Positions 26,795 to 40,186 of a DNA stretch of 64,000 bases are shown one piece after another. How positions within the stretch are numbered: the stretch's first letter is position 1; every line of letters begins with the position of its first letter. The notes under the pieces were generated by a model. It had not been told where the DNA came from. It made no database searches and saw only the letters and a list, made by a program, of their open reading frames with translations. This stretch comes from Amoebidium appalachense (Eukaryota > Protista > Ichthyosporea): positions 5,076,543 through 5,140,542 of the forward strand of contig CAVNZM010000016.1 of NCBI GenBank assembly GCA_963693365.1. The letters run 5' to 3'. Both the position numbers and the translations under genes were made by a program.

Positions 26795-27603
26795 TGTGCG
26801 GGGTTGCACATACCGGTGTCTACTTTTCTTCTTACTGTTTTTCTCTCCACACACTTCATCTGTCCACTTCTGCATACCCCCTTTCATAGCTATAGACACA
26901 CTTCACACATTGCGTTACGCGCACGCATGCACACACCGCTCTGTTGGCGACAGCTCCCTTGGAACCCATGCGGCATGTTACCCGCCGGCGTAACATAACT
27001 CGGACTATCGGTTTGGCTTTTTTCAAGCCCAAAGCAATGGGTGATACCATATTTCCGGCTGACATCCGGGGGCATAGCTTTCCGTTCGAAGACGATAAAG
27101 TTCCGCCCTAGTAAGCGTGTTACTACCCTGCGGCGTGGGTCAAATCTCATATTTTCCCCTCTGATTACGAATTCTGTGGCCTTCGGGACTTAATTCTTTT
27201 CAGCTGGTGTAGTATGTTAGCCAGGGAAGTATCGACTTAGGTATCGACGGGGGAGCTTCCTAGAAGCCCCGTCTCCTGAGTTCCTATCTATATTTTTCTT
27301 GCTTCTGCTTACTGCTGCAACTTTAACCCCCGGCCTTTCCCACTGCCCTTGCCTGCATAAGCAACCCTGCTCGTCTCTGATCAAGACGGGTGACCTACTC
27401 ATGTTCAAGTGAAACAGTATCTGAGTTGGGTTTCGTTAACGAGGGGAATAGGTCGAAACTCGGGTACTGTGGATGACGTGGGCCCCCCCTGAGGATGGGC
27501 TCTGCTTATTATGCATACTCTTTATGTATGGCTTGCATTCTGCATCGTGTTATCCGTTTGTTCTTGTGTACTTCGTACTTTTTGACGCATTCAAACCCCC
27601 CCC

Positions 27604-27638
<35 letters not shown>

Positions 27639-27957
27639 AAAAACTTTCTACTTTCTCTTTCTGTGTAAAGAATTCAAAGTTTTGAGCTGATTGGATGAAG
27701 CTGAAAACTTAATTTCTTGTCACTGTGCGCAGATCTGTTCGAGCCTTTTCTGTCTTTCCCATTCATAGTTTTCCTTCTTGCCATTATTTTCTAAACCTGC
27801 AAACGGAATGATTTCATTGGCAGATGGCGAAAAAAGATGCTGCCAAGAATGCAGTTCAGAATTTCTCCACCGGTCTCCTCAATGACCCCTTTGCCTTCAA
27901 CGATGAGGACCGCTTGAGGTGTGTGTGGGTGGGTGGGTGGGTGGGTGTATGTGTGTG

Positions 27958-28032
<75 letters not shown>

Positions 28033-28044
28033 GTGGTGTGTGTG

Positions 28045-28091
<47 letters not shown>

Positions 28092-28140
28092 GTGTGAGGG
28101 CGTCATGGAGGGGGAGAGGGAAGGGGGGTGGGGTGGATGT

Positions 28141-28177
<37 letters not shown>

Positions 28178-29091
28178 AGTGTGTGATATTGATTGGGGGG
28201 GGGGGGGGGGAGGGGGGGCATGGGGGGAAGGGGGTGGGGGGAGGGGGAGGGGTAGATTTACGAACACGTGTGTTCGGTATGTGTTGATGGTGTGTGTGCC
28301 TGCCTGCCTGCATGGGTGCATGCTTTAAATATTAGCTAACACCGTGTGTGTGTGTGTGTGTGTGTGCACAGAGCTGAGAGGCAGAAAATGCGGTCTGCGC
28401 AGCAGATATCTCTGGACAGGAGAGAGCTTCAGGACATGGCCAGGGTCATGCGGGTACGTGCACGTGGTTGGTCACGTGATTAGGTGTGTCCGTTGGCATT
28501 ATTGAGTTTTCATTTCATTTTCTGTAGTTAGTATTTATTTTATTATGATTATCCTCGGATTTTTACCTGTTTGATTCCCGTTTTAATTCTATACAGTCGT
28601 CTTTGGGTGGGTATGCAGCCCCCTCAAGGAGCGTACTACACCTAATCTGCAGAGTGGCACTGCTTTGGTCTGCATGTCCTTTTTTTTTTTCCTTTTTTTT
28701 TTTTTTTTCCGTAGACTTAAAGGTCGGATGGGAGGTGGGCAGTGGCTTTGGATGGGGAAAGAGAAAGTGGGGAGGTTGTACGAAAGGAAGAAGAGCTGAG
28801 GGTGAGAGAGGGGGGGGAGGGGGGAGGGGGGGGGGGGGGGGGGGGGGGTTCAACAATAAGCAACCCCAATTTTTCTCTATTTATCTGATTCCTTGTCCAT
28901 AGAATGCACTAGCTTATCTGGGGATTTTTGTCTGAGAGACGCCTAAATTGGCCAGATATCCCATTGGTATATTTATGCTAAACATGAAAATTCATAAATT
29001 TCAGGAGCGGAGGGAGGAGGAGTACAAGAAGAAGGTTGGACTGCGCCCAGACGAGAACAAGGGGGTGCGATGGGGACCCCCGGATGCGTAG
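15690..29091 (+). CDS. RD/RE-dipeptide and K/S-rich protein with a conserved uncharacterised C-terminal domain (probably nuclear or splicing-associated), 10 exons, ~466 aa
   Basis: Exons 15690-16315, 17311-17405, 19618-19681, 20808-20868, 21919-22071, 22622-22693, 24649-24714, 27824-27918, 28372-28453, 29005-29091. All introns are GT-AG and phase-compatible (1401 nt). The C-terminal segment [24 protein letters not shown]|EVRKLDPE...FQDFME|[15 protein letters not shown] resembles, from memory, a family of uncharacterised eukaryotic proteins. Confidence 0.85.
17703..18496 (+). mobile_element. Structured non-coding retro-element, subfamily A copy 1 (5'-truncated, 17-bp TSD)
   Basis: Highly similar to 22858-23636, 26797-27595 and revcomp 44658-45162. 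Flanked by the direct repeat CCCCCTTCAGGATGCGG at 17686-17702 and 18497-18513. TGCGG microhomology at the 5' junction. Confidence 0.9.
22768..23636 (+). mobile_element. Structured non-coding retro-element, subfamily A copy 2
   Basis: Alignable along its length to copies 1 and 3, and shares an extra 5' segment (GCCTGTTGTTTTGCTTGTC...) with copy 3. Ends GCATTCAA followed by poly-C. May extend 5' through poly-T/(CT)n to the poly-C at ~22724. Confidence 0.9.
23678..23769 (+). mobile_element. Subfamily B core fragment, in tandem behind copy A2
   Basis: Matches revcomp of ~46220-46305 (CTGT.TGAGTTGGAG...GGGTCGAAACTC.GACGCAATTGATGACTTGGG...CTGAGGA) and is fused directly to terminal TTCAA plus poly-C. 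Confidence 0.8.
26701..27595 (+). mobile_element. Structured non-coding retro-element, subfamily A copy 3
   Basis: Near-identical to copies 1 and 2. Ends GCATTCAAA followed by poly-C. Confidence 0.9.
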
Positions 29092-29092
29092 A

Positions 29093-29239
<147 letters not shown>

Positions 29240-29420
29240 GCGTGTGCGTGTTTGCGTGTGTGTGTGTGTGCGTACGTGCGTACGTGCGTGCATGCATGCA
29301 TGTGTATACGTGTGTGCACGTGTGTGTGTGTACGTGAGTATGGCTGTGTGTACGTGTGTGTGTTTGGTGTGTGCGTAGGTGTGTGTGTGTGTATGTGCAC
29401 ACGCACATCTGCACGTGTTC

Positions 29421-29491
<71 letters not shown>

Positions 29492-30898
29492 CACCCCTAA
29501 TGTTTTTGGTTATTCCTACGGGTGGCCGCACGGTTTCAATGATTGTGCTGAGTTCTGTGCTGCATGCACACAAGTCTTGAAAAGGGGGTACCAGGTTTCG
29601 AGTCTCCTGAAACCTTTTTTTGTTTTTTTGTTTGTTTTCCCTCTCTTTGAAGAGAACATCCTTTATGGGGTTCTGTGGTGTGTATGGTTAATGTTTCTAG
29701 AGCGTTGAAGACCCTTTCTGAATGACTTTTGTTGCGCATAGACGTATTACTATGATGTTATTATCTACTTTTGCAAAGTTTTCCGGAAACAAATCAACAG
29801 AAATCGACCGTGCAAGTTATCAGAAGAACTATCATGAGACATTGTCTATTTTACTGCACGTGCGTGTGAGCAGCTGGAGACCTCAGACGATGCTCAAAAT
29901 GTTCGACAAATGCGACTATTGAATAAAACATGCACACTGGTGGTGCCGGTACCCAAAAAGAAAAAATCTTATACACGTGCACTTGTACCTTTGCCCGCTG
30001 GTGTCCTTTGGTCACTTGTTGTTTTATTTTTTATTTCATCGCTGTGGCTCTTTCGAAGTCGGTTATTTTGGTGGTCATGTAGCCTGTGGCTGCACGTTGC
30101 CTTCATATCCACTGGACCACTGATCAATAAATCCCAGTCAAGAGAAAAGAAAATTCTTCTAAAATGACTTTCTGATCCCCCCCCCCCCCCCCCCCCTCCC
30201 CCCCTCTCCCCCCCCTTCCCTGGCCCATTGCCACCTATGCGGGCCCTCCGAATGCATAATATGCGCATGTTGGCGTGCTGGTACGTGTACACAGGGGGAA
30301 AAAGAAAGCTAAAACGAGAGGGGGGGGGGGGGGGGGGGGAGAGGGATGAGGTAGATGATAGACGTCTATACGAAGGAAGCCCCTAGGTATAGGGAGATCG
30401 GACCATAGCCTGTTAAAAAATACAATATTTGATAATTATAATAATTTACCAAAATACTAATCCAGTCAAAAGAAAAAAAAAATAACTAAACCCAATAACC
30501 ATAACCCTATGTGTGTCTGGGCCCTAAATGGAGGGGCTGCCGCCCCCCCAACCCCTCACTAGAGGGGCCTGACGGCCCCTTTATGTCGCTTGGGCCGGGG
30601 GTTGAATCGTTCTCCCCTGCAGCTGATTTACGTCATCGGATCGTGTTTTGTCCAATCAGGTGCGAGGGGACTTCCAGAGTATGGACTTATGTGGGGAAGG
30701 ATAAGACAGGAAGGAAAAAAAAAGAAACAACAACTTGGACTGATAGTGATTTCACGTGCACTGCCACAGACTTATATTAAAGACGTCGACGTATGGTAAG
30801 GTACATGTGTTGTGCGCATGTCCCCTCCCCTCCCCCCCCCCCGGCCCCCTCCCCCCTCCCCCCTCCCCCCTCCCCCCTTCGAGCTCCCACCACCACCA

Positions 30899-30938
<40 letters not shown>

Positions 30939-31459
30939 ACACACACACACACACAAGAAAGGTGTGGTTGTTTGTATTTGACTCCGGCTGCAGCACATTA
31001 TGATACGCTGCGAGCATGACTTACGTACGGATTGGTTCGATCTGATTAGCCATATAAGAAAACTCTAAAACCGTTTTCTGAAAGGGAGCCCTTACGTATA
31101 CATGCTTTAAAGCAACCACCGCTACTTCCATTTTAGCTGCTGGGCTTCGAGCAACATGGATGTCGTCATTCTGTGCACAAATTCCCGTCAGTGACACCGT
31201 GTCACCCAAAAAAGGACGCGAAAGGCTGAATAGTATGTCGAAAAAAAAGGACGCGAAAGGCTTAAGTATGTCGACATCGGTATTTGACACAATGGATATC
31301 CGATTGAGTCTGTTGATTGGTGAGACGCATTTGAGACATGGTGGCTCTCGGCTGGTCAGCGCCCAGTCGCTAAAATGGGAAGTGGTGGTTGATCATAAGT
31401 TAATTGTGGGTTATGGCCCACCAGTGACCACATTTATAAGCCTTTCAAGTTTTATAAGC

Positions 31460-31541
<82 letters not shown>

Positions 31542-31773
31542 AAGAAGTTTTGTTATGGACATTGAGTACATACCACTACACCTTTGTTTAGTGGTCATAC
31601 TAGATATACGAAATACCGTTCCCATACATATGAATGTAGCGCACCGTGCGCTACGAAAAGGTAGCCCTACGTGTGTGAAACTGGAGTGTGAAATCCAAAA
31701 ATACGAAACCGGGTGGGCCTCGAGTAGAAGAAATGTGTCGAGGAGAGGAGAGAGATCTCGCTTGCAGTGTGTG

Positions 31774-31911
<138 letters not shown>

Positions 31912-32105
31912 CACGTGTGCATGCGTATACCCGTTTATGCGTGTATGCCACGGTGTGAATGTTACTTTGTGGTGTTCAGGAACATGTGGTTGACTAATTT
32001 ACTGATATAAATGTAGCTACTCAAAAACAACAGCAACATACTATGTACAACCTAACGACATATTTACACCCTCTATGCCCGCACACAGTCATCTCAACAC
32101 AACTC

Positions 32106-33509
32106 TTAGTTGATAAACACGGAAGCAACACCTACAGGGACATACACCACGCCGAAAATCCCAATGCACAACGCGGCATACAGAACAAATTTCTCCTTTG
32201 CGCTTATCTCCCTTTCCTTTCTATCATCCTTGAACAATTTCCAATACATCAGCCCAGGGATAATATAACATGTTAAAGCAGCCCCTGTCGCACCCACTAG
32301 CGAAAAAACAACGCCTAGATCAGTAACGAACAGAGCAACCAAACATGCAAATGCAAGATGCACAATACACGAACCCCAATACAACCACGTCTGCAGTTTG
32401 TGCGTCGGTTGGGTCAAGTCCTTTCTCCCGCCCAATTGCAAGCACAAATTCACCAAGTGCATGATCACGATTCTTGCCGATTGCATCAAAAGAGGAAACG
32501 AAACAGTGACTGAAAAACACAGAGCCAACCTGCCGATCGTCGCGGGTGTAGACAATGGCCAATTCTTCAAAACATTAGATCTCACGTTGGATCCATAGGT
32601 GAAATATCCCCCGAGGCCAAACAATGCGTAGATGGTAGAGACAAAACAACCCCACACGGCCAAAACCTTGTCCATGAATTTCACCGACGGTTCGCGAATT
32701 TCGTTATAGATGTTGAACAGAAGTGGGTGGCAGTTAAACGCAAAGAAAAACGTAGAAAGACTCTTGATGAACGACGTCGAGAAAGGGGTGGTAGCCTCAA
32801 TGGGACCCTTGCATACACCAATCACCCCAGCACATCGATCGAGTACATCTACAGGCGGGCGTGCGAAATAAACCATAGCAAGGACAGCGATGTAAACCAT
32901 GCTGCCCATGGCCATCGTAGAGGTATAACGAAGCGCATTTGTGGTAGGAAGGAGACACAATGGGCAGCAGATGCCCCAAAGAACGACGGAAATCCAGAAG
33001 CGGCGAGAAAGAAGAACACTGTCGTGCGAGATGTCAGAATTAAATGTTTGCACAACGAGGGGCATGAGATCACCAACGACCATAATGTAAGGCACGCCAG
33101 CCATAAGTTGGTTCATTGCCACAGCAATGTCCGCCAAAATCGCAAAAACAGGCCCAGCTTTCGCCGCTGCTTTTCCGAATGATGTCCTCGTTCCACCTAT
33201 CCTGTGAGCGATTTCCGAGAGTAGATGCAGGCCCGCCCATGCACCGATCCCTCCCACAACCATGAGCACGCTTCCTGTTAGCCATCCAACCATTCCAAAG
33301 GCCGCTGGGAGGGAGAGAATCCCCGGCCCAACGGTGATAGTTGTCAGATTGGCGGCGCTACCAAAAACGTGTGCTTTCCGTTTGCTCAGGTCATGTTCTA
33401 GATCATCAGATGAACCGGTTTGAGGGTTTGCTTGTTGGTGGAAGACGTCTAGAGCGAGGTTGTCGGGGGAGCTATCCCCCCCCTTGACACTCTTTCCTAG
33501 TTCAGACAT
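32106..33509 (-). CDS. Amino-acid transporter, AAAP/Aa_trans family (fungal AVT5/6/7- or SLC38-like), intronless, 467 aa
   Basis: Uninterrupted ORF with NL...TVGPGILSLP.AF, FAFNCH, GY.TYG..V.SNVL.N and LVGATG...YIIPG motifs, and about 11 TM segments. Confidence 0.93.
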   Translation of the reverse strand: MSELGKSVKGGDSSPDNLALDVFHQQANPQTGSSDDLEHDLSKRKAHVFGSAANLTTITVGPGILSLPAAFGMVGWLTGSVLMVVGGIGAWAGLHLLSEIAHRIGGTRTSFGKAAAKAGPVFAILADIAVAMNQLMAGVPYIMVVGDLMPLVVQTFNSDISHDSVLLSRRFWISVVLWGICCPLCLLPTTNALRYTSTMAMGSMVYIAVLAMVYFARPPVDVLDRCAGVIGVCKGPIEATTPFSTSFIKSLSTFFFAFNCHPLLFNIYNEIREPSVKFMDKVLAVWGCFVSTIYALFGLGGYFTYGSNVRSNVLKNWPLSTPATIGRLALCFSVTVSFPLLMQSARIVIMHLVNLCLQLGGRKDLTQPTHKLQTWLYWGSCIVHLAFACLVALFVTDLGVVFSLVGATGAALTCYIIPGLMYWKLFKDDRKEREISAKEKFVLYAALCIGIFGVVYVPVGVASVFIN

Positions 33510-35611
33510 GTTGTATGTCGGTTATATGTGGCGGTCAGTGATGTACGTGAGCCGAAATGGTATACTCAAACTGACTGACTTGAGTTCGATCAACTTATAT
33601 AGGTGTGGAAAACTGGATAGACGGGAGAAATGAGGAGAAGATGTTCGCTTAACGAAGGAGAAAAGGCATATGAATATGTATTGGCCTTAGGTTCGTTTGC
33701 ACTGTATTTTACAAATCTAGCGACCTATTCAAGTGAATATATGATAGAGGTGAATTAGAATGTGTCACAAAAGCGCAGGAGGCTGGATCTTAAGATGTTC
33801 CTATCAAAGATGATAAAAACTCATGCTTCACGCCTTTTCTCTGTCCGACCACCTCAAGCTTAGACTATGTATACGTTGTGATTCCACTCACTTCATTACA
33901 AAACATCGCGATCACTCCGAATATGTCGCGACTTTTCAAAGTTATGTTTTGTGTTCTGGCGAGCTCAGTGTCTGGCCAGCTGTGCATGCAAGCGGCCAGC
34001 ACTAATAGTTCACATGTGACGTCATGCAACGATTCGATTGGCTAAACGGTAGGAGCATTGCCTTATTCGGATTGCAGCTACATTTTGATTAGCTCATTAT
34101 GCACCCTATGGAATGTGGTTCTGACATCATGCTCTTTCCATGCCTCGGCCGAGCGAACGAAAAAAAGAGGAAATTTCGAAAAACAGAGCCTCTAGTGTCT
34201 AGATCTGCAGCTGAGCCTCGGAGAGACGTCGACAGAGAGAGAGAGCGAAACTCTAAGAGTGAAAAAGCGAGTGAGAAGTTTGTAAGTTTCAAAGTCTTTC
34301 ATCGGAAGGGGGTGATCAAGGTTGTGCATTTTTTTGTCGAAGTGCAGCACACTGCACAGTACGCACGGTAGCAACGAAAGAGAATTGAGTAGTCACTTAG
34401 ATTGCATAGATGTTGTGAGCTATTGTAAGACATAGATCCACGTGAGTGCTTGGCTTTTGATAGCTTGATCTGTTTACATCTCATTTTTCTTTTGTTGAAG
34501 TATTCTAGTAAAAAAGCCATTCAGCAGCTTGCCCACATGTGACGGACGATTTCAGGCTGGACAGCCATGATCATTTGAGAGAAGTGTTAGTTTTATCTCC
34601 AACCGCTTGACCTTGCCACAAAAGTTCGTTTGGCTTGCCATGCATGTGCCCATGGTGCTATCTGTTTGCTCCTTCGTGAGCCTCTCACTTCGCCTCTCTC
34701 TCTTTCTCTCTCCCACACATTATTATCCCTCTCTCTCCCTCTCGCAGTACATGCTCATGCTCACTCTTTCTCCCTCGCCAGTCCCAAACCACCATACATA
34801 TACTCTCTGTGCATGCTCACTAGTTTGCCCTCCTCAGTACCCTTCAGTCTTTTCCAAATGTAACTACCATTTACTTGTTCAGCCCCTTTCTTGTCTCCCT
34901 TCACACCAAATGAATGATCCCTGTGACCGCCCCCCCCCCCCCCCCCCCCCCTGCCTGCCTGCCCCACGGCACATCCTTGCAAGTCCCTGTTATAGCTCAT
35001 CAGGCCTACCTACTCGAGTATGCTCCCTATATAGTCTCCTTTTATTAGGCCCTGTGAATCCACTTGCGCAGTGAAGGGTTTTGTTTTCCTACTTTACACA
35101 TTTGAATTTACAGAAATTGGATAAGAATACTTGAAGATGACGGCTATGGGCCTTGGTGCATACCGGTGCACACATGTACACACACACAAAAACCTAACAA
35201 CAATTTGGAACAATACAAAATTGCTTTCCACTGCTTTTATGTACAACTTTCTCGATCGTTTTTGTACAGGCAAAAACACATGCACACCAATACATACACT
35301 ACAAGGTACCACGGGACGCAGCCTGTGCGACCCATTCAGAGAAAAACAAAACAAGTTCTTCATTCATTCTTGTGATTTTGTCTTCTTATGCCTAATACTA
35401 CCCTTCAAGAGACAGAGCCAAACGAAAGTTCAAAACATGGCGTGGTGAGGCACACCACAAGAAATGTGAACGCATGTTGCTTTGTGTGTGGTGGTGTATG
35501 TGGACGATGCAAACGTGAAGGGGACCGGGACAAAGAAAAAGGAAAAGAGTAGGTATTAGAGGGGGGGGAAAGAAGGGGGGGGGGGGGGGAGAGAGAGAGA
35601 GGCTGAAAGAG

Positions 35612-38050
35612 CTACACTACACCTTTTTGAGTCATGTTAGCGTCACATTCTCTCCTTCCCGAGGGCTTGCTCACACACAGTAGCGGGAAGGACACATTCG
35701 ACCCGTGCAGAACCCCACCGACAGGGCCCAGGTTCTCCCAAGTGTCTCCTTTCTCCACTCCGCCCATACCCGAAAGGCTCTGAAGCGCCCACAACGGAAT
35801 CTCCTCCGTGTACACAACCAACCGCACGCGGCCCGTCGCGTCGTTCATCAAAGCTGTCATCGCATCGCCGAACATGGAAATCTCCGTGCATGAAACTGAC
35901 GTGTTGGTGTGTTCTTGCGCTGCGAACGACAAAAGATTTGCGAAAAAGAGATCTGTCGTGCAGGGTGTTAGATCGCCAAGTGGGAATGTGTCCTGTGAAT
36001 CGAGGTCGATGCTGTGTTGTTCGACGGCCGGGCTACGGGGGTCCTTTTCCGGTTTCATCTGTGCGATGTTCGTTTCCGGATCCTTCTCTGCGGTGCTTGC
36101 TCCCTTGGGGATACAGGAGATAATCCTACACTCTGCACCCGAGATTTTCGCCAGTTGAAGTGCCAGGGCAATGGTATTTTGCTCGTCGCGCCCACCAAAA
36201 TACAAACCAACAATCACGTTGCGATTGGTGTTAATTGCTGTTGTGTTCATTGGTGGAGGATTCGACGCCGGAACGAAAACCGCGGTGTCTGTGTGCGTAA
36301 GGTGCGGGTCGAGATGAAGGAGAGGATGTGTAGTTTCGGTCCAAGGGGATATGAATAGGTCCGGTGTAGGGGTGATCTGCACTGCTGTCGCTTTACCACA
36401 TGGAGTGCTGTTGTAGGTCGAGGTATCGATGTTGAAGGATTGGCACTTGGCGTAAAACACGGACAGCACATCATCTCTTCCACATTTACCGGTGTTGGTA
36501 CAGGTTGTGTTTGTTGAGTGGTTGTAATTGTCGTTTGGCCGATGTAGGGTTACTGTGAATAATTCCTTCACGTTACTCTCTGTGTGTTGTTGTAGTGGGT
36601 GTATGGTCGCTAAGAACGACACCGCCGATTCCGCGTCTCCGGTGGACGCCACGGGTAAAACAACGTGTAATTTCGTCTCTCGCAAACGATTCAGTTCTGA
36701 AACACTCAATGTCGCTCTTCTTTTCGCATCGTTCACTCCACCGACCGCATCTTTCGCATCCCTGGCTTGTCGGTAATCCAACGGATAAACCCAGCTGACC
36801 ACGGGGAAAGTAACGACAGTAGTCCAGAGCGCCATGACCACAAACATGGAATAAAACGACGAGTTGATGGCACCGGCATCAAGGCCCGCATTCAGCGCAA
36901 TTAACTCAATGAGCGCCTTGCAGTTCATCATCGTTCCAATCGACACACTCTCTCTCCAAGGAAACCCTAGCCACCGCGCGGTGCCGACGCCCGGAAGGAA
37001 CTTTGACAACGACGCAACAAAACATGCGAGAACGGTGAGCCCAACAGCCTCCGCTGAATTGATGCTGTTTATCTGTGTGCGAAGACCCGTAAAAGCGAAA
37101 TAGAGGGGAAGAAGAACAGCCAAACCGAAGTCCTCGATGCGTTTCATCACCTGAAAAGAGAACTTGTCGTGACGGGGTATGGAAACACCAGTGACGAATG
37201 CGCCGAAAATAGCGTTGATACCAAAGGCACGAGTCACCCATGCACTCAACAAGGCAAACACACACGTAGCCGCTACAAGATTGAGCGAAAGTGCACCCCC
37301 GTGATTGAAGTGCCACTTGATGGCCCGCTCGAGTAGTGGTCGGAGAACGAAGATGCTGAAGACAACGAACGCGGTGGAGGAGAGGCATACCCAAACAAAC
37401 GTGACGGGGTTACTTGCTGTGACAAGGGCTGTAACGAGAGCCAAAAGGCACCACGCAACAACATCGTCAAGGGCGGCCGCAGACAAAACGATGATGGCGA
37501 CAGGGTCGAGAGTCATTCCCATTTGGGAGATGATTCTTTGCTGGATTGGGAAAGCGGTGACTGACATTGCGACACCTACAAAGAGAATAAACGGCCAATA
37601 TGTGACTGACAGCGTGGGGTCACTCTCGATGATGTGCCAGTAGAGGGGAGCGATGGACATTCCCGAAAGAAGTGGAATGATGATGCATGCCGTGGACACT
37701 ATAGTGGCAGCTTTGAAATTGGATTTCACCAAACTCAAGTCAAGCTCAAGGCCTACCATAAACATGAAAAAGACAAGCCCAAATTCTGAAAACAGGCGTA
37801 GGTTAGGCAGTGATTTCAGTGGGAATATAGTTGTTCCCCACCATTCGATGTTTCCTAGAATGGATGGGCCCATGAGAAGACCGGCGAAAATTTCACCTAC
37901 GACTTCAGGTTGTTTGGCGAATTTTGCCAGCTCCCCACACACACGGCCTACGATGATAATAATGACTATCTGGCATATGAGAAGTGTAAAAGGGGCGGCT
38001 ACGGGGCTTTGCCCAGAAAGTACACTCATCTCATCATGATTGAGTGTCAT
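35612..38050 (-). CDS. CPA2-family cation/H+ antiporter (fungal KHA1 / plant CHX-like), intronless, 812 aa
   Basis: Motifs QPEVVGEIFAGLLMGPSILG, FFMFMVGLELD, SVTAFP, AAALDDVVAW, IFGAFVTG, LLPLYFAFTGLRT and MNCKALIELIALN, followed by a soluble C-terminal tail containing LYFGGRDE. Confidence 0.93.
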   Translation of the reverse strand: MTLNHDEMSVLSGQSPVAAPFTLLICQIVIIIIVGRVCGELAKFAKQPEVVGEIFAGLLMGPSILGNIEWWGTTIFPLKSLPNLRLFSEFGLVFFMFMVGLELDLSLVKSNFKAATIVSTACIIIPLLSGMSIAPLYWHIIESDPTLSVTYWPFILFVGVAMSVTAFPIQQRIISQMGMTLDPVAIIVLSAAALDDVVAWCLLALVTALVTASNPVTFVWVCLSSTAFVVFSIFVLRPLLERAIKWHFNHGGALSLNLVAATCVFALLSAWVTRAFGINAIFGAFVTGVSIPRHDKFSFQVMKRIEDFGLAVLLPLYFAFTGLRTQINSINSAEAVGLTVLACFVASLSKFLPGVGTARWLGFPWRESVSIGTMMNCKALIELIALNAGLDAGAINSSFYSMFVVMALWTTVVTFPVVSWVYPLDYRQARDAKDAVGGVNDAKRRATLSVSELNRLRETKLHVVLPVASTGDAESAVSFLATIHPLQQHTESNVKELFTVTLHRPNDNYNHSTNTTCTNTGKCGRDDVLSVFYAKCQSFNIDTSTYNSTPCGKATAVQITPTPDLFISPWTETTHPLLHLDPHLTHTDTAVFVPASNPPPMNTTAINTNRNVIVGLYFGGRDEQNTIALALQLAKISGAECRIISCIPKGASTAEKDPETNIAQMKPEKDPRSPAVEQHSIDLDSQDTFPLGDLTPCTTDLFFANLLSFAAQEHTNTSVSCTEISMFGDAMTALMNDATGRVRLVVYTEEIPLWALQSLSGMGGVEKGDTWENLGPVGGVLHGSNVSFPLLCVSKPSGRRECDANMTQKGVV

Positions 38051-39210
38051 TTTCAGGCCTTAGTGTCGGATCCATCAACGGCCGAACGAGCGAAAAAACA
38101 TCTACTTGCACGACGAGTGGGTGCCGAGAATAATTCCGCTTTGATGTTAGTTTAAGTTTTGCAATGGTGGTAGTTCTCATTATGAACTCCTAGGATCCCA
38201 TTTATCGTTGACATCTAATGTTATGATTCATTCAGTTTGGTGTTGTTTACAAGAGTAACAAAACCCAAACGGTTGCTTTTGTTTTTGTACCGTGTCAAGC
38301 CTTAGCAATGGATCGGGCCTAACCCCCTAAACCTACTTGCATAGCCGGATCGCATTCTAAACATTCCAATCAATGCTCAGGTCTAACTGGGCCGCCCTGC
38401 CGGCCGAACAACGTCGGACGGACACCCGCAACCGTTCCTCTGTAAATAGCGTAGCTTGGGAGCTGAAAACGGCTCAACACAATAAACATTCATTTTGCAT
38501 TCTGGTAGTATTCAATCGTGTTATAATGCCTTCTAGTGAACGACGTCTTTCTTACTGAAAGAAAACGGTGTGCTTCCCTGTGGAGTCGCGGATCTAGTCT
38601 AGGGGGTAGGGAGAGGGTAAATGTAACCAATGATGTTACCTTTTTTTATGAATTGGAATGTTTAGCTTGGGGCCGGCCCGGGGAAGAGTGGCAGCCCGGA
38701 GTGGACGATTTGATTGGCTCATAGGTTTAATCACTGATTCTGGAATAGTTTATATTCTTAATGTACGGCGAAAATCACATTGTTTCCTAGGCCACTGTGA
38801 TGTAGGCATTTTGATTGGTGGTGCATGTCCAGGTAGGCTGAGGTAGCAACGGAGAACCCCCAGACCTCCCGCTTCAGAAAAAAAAAAATGGCTCAGTCTC
38901 GCCACAGCGTGGGAGAAGAACAATACAACAGTCAGTTGGGCACCAAGCTTCGGGTACGTACCGGCTACTACTTAACATGTTTTCAAGTCGTCCTTAATAA
39001 ACTGTTTGGTCGATATTTATTGATTAGCCATATTTCACACAACTAGCCCACACACTCAGCACGTACACGCACACATTCTTCAAAGTTTGCGGGTATGAGG
39101 AAACATACACCCTCTCTCTCTTTCTCTTTCACACACACACACACACACACACGCACACATACACACACACGTTCACACAGGTACGTGCGCGCGCAGACAC
39201 ACACACGCAC

Positions 39211-39250
<40 letters not shown>

Positions 39251-39359
39251 GCACGCACGCATGCAGGCACGCACATGCACCCACACGTGCACCCACACAC
39301 ACGCGCATGCACGCACATACATACGCACACGCACACAAACACACACAATCACGCGCACG

Positions 39360-39453
<94 letters not shown>

Positions 39454-39499
39454 TACTCGGCTCCATCTCATTGGATACGCGTGCTCACGCACACGCGCG

Positions 39500-39533
<34 letters not shown>

Positions 39534-40039
39534 AAGACACACAGCTATGGTTCCATCTCTTGCGTGTTTAGTGTAGGTGTGTTGTATGGTGTAGGGGTTG
39601 AAAAGCTGCTGAGCGAAACAGCTCACGCTCATGATGCATAATTAACATGGGAAGCCTAAGAATACGTCATCTCTCTGGGTGCTTTACTTTCTTAGAGCCT
39701 TTGTTTCTTTTTGGCGTGCCAGCACCCCTCGAACGCCCTTTTGCTCCAAATTCACCCCTCAAAGGATAGCGCACTTTCGACCCGTAACATAAGCGAAATC
39801 GCTTCAAAGGTGATAGCGACAGGACTCCCCGCCGTTCACCTCCGAGCCCGTGAGCCACTGAGTCTGCCGGATTCGGGTGAAAAATGTCGCCACGACTGAC
39901 CAAAACTGGCAACTCGCACATAGTGAAAGCTTCTTGCAACGATGCACCAAGGCACTTAAACCGCTTATTTTTCATTACAAAAGGCGGTCCCGCAAAGAAA
40001 ATTGTGTTTATAACGTCTTGTTTTTAACGTCTTTAACGT

Positions 40040-40186
<147 letters not shown>

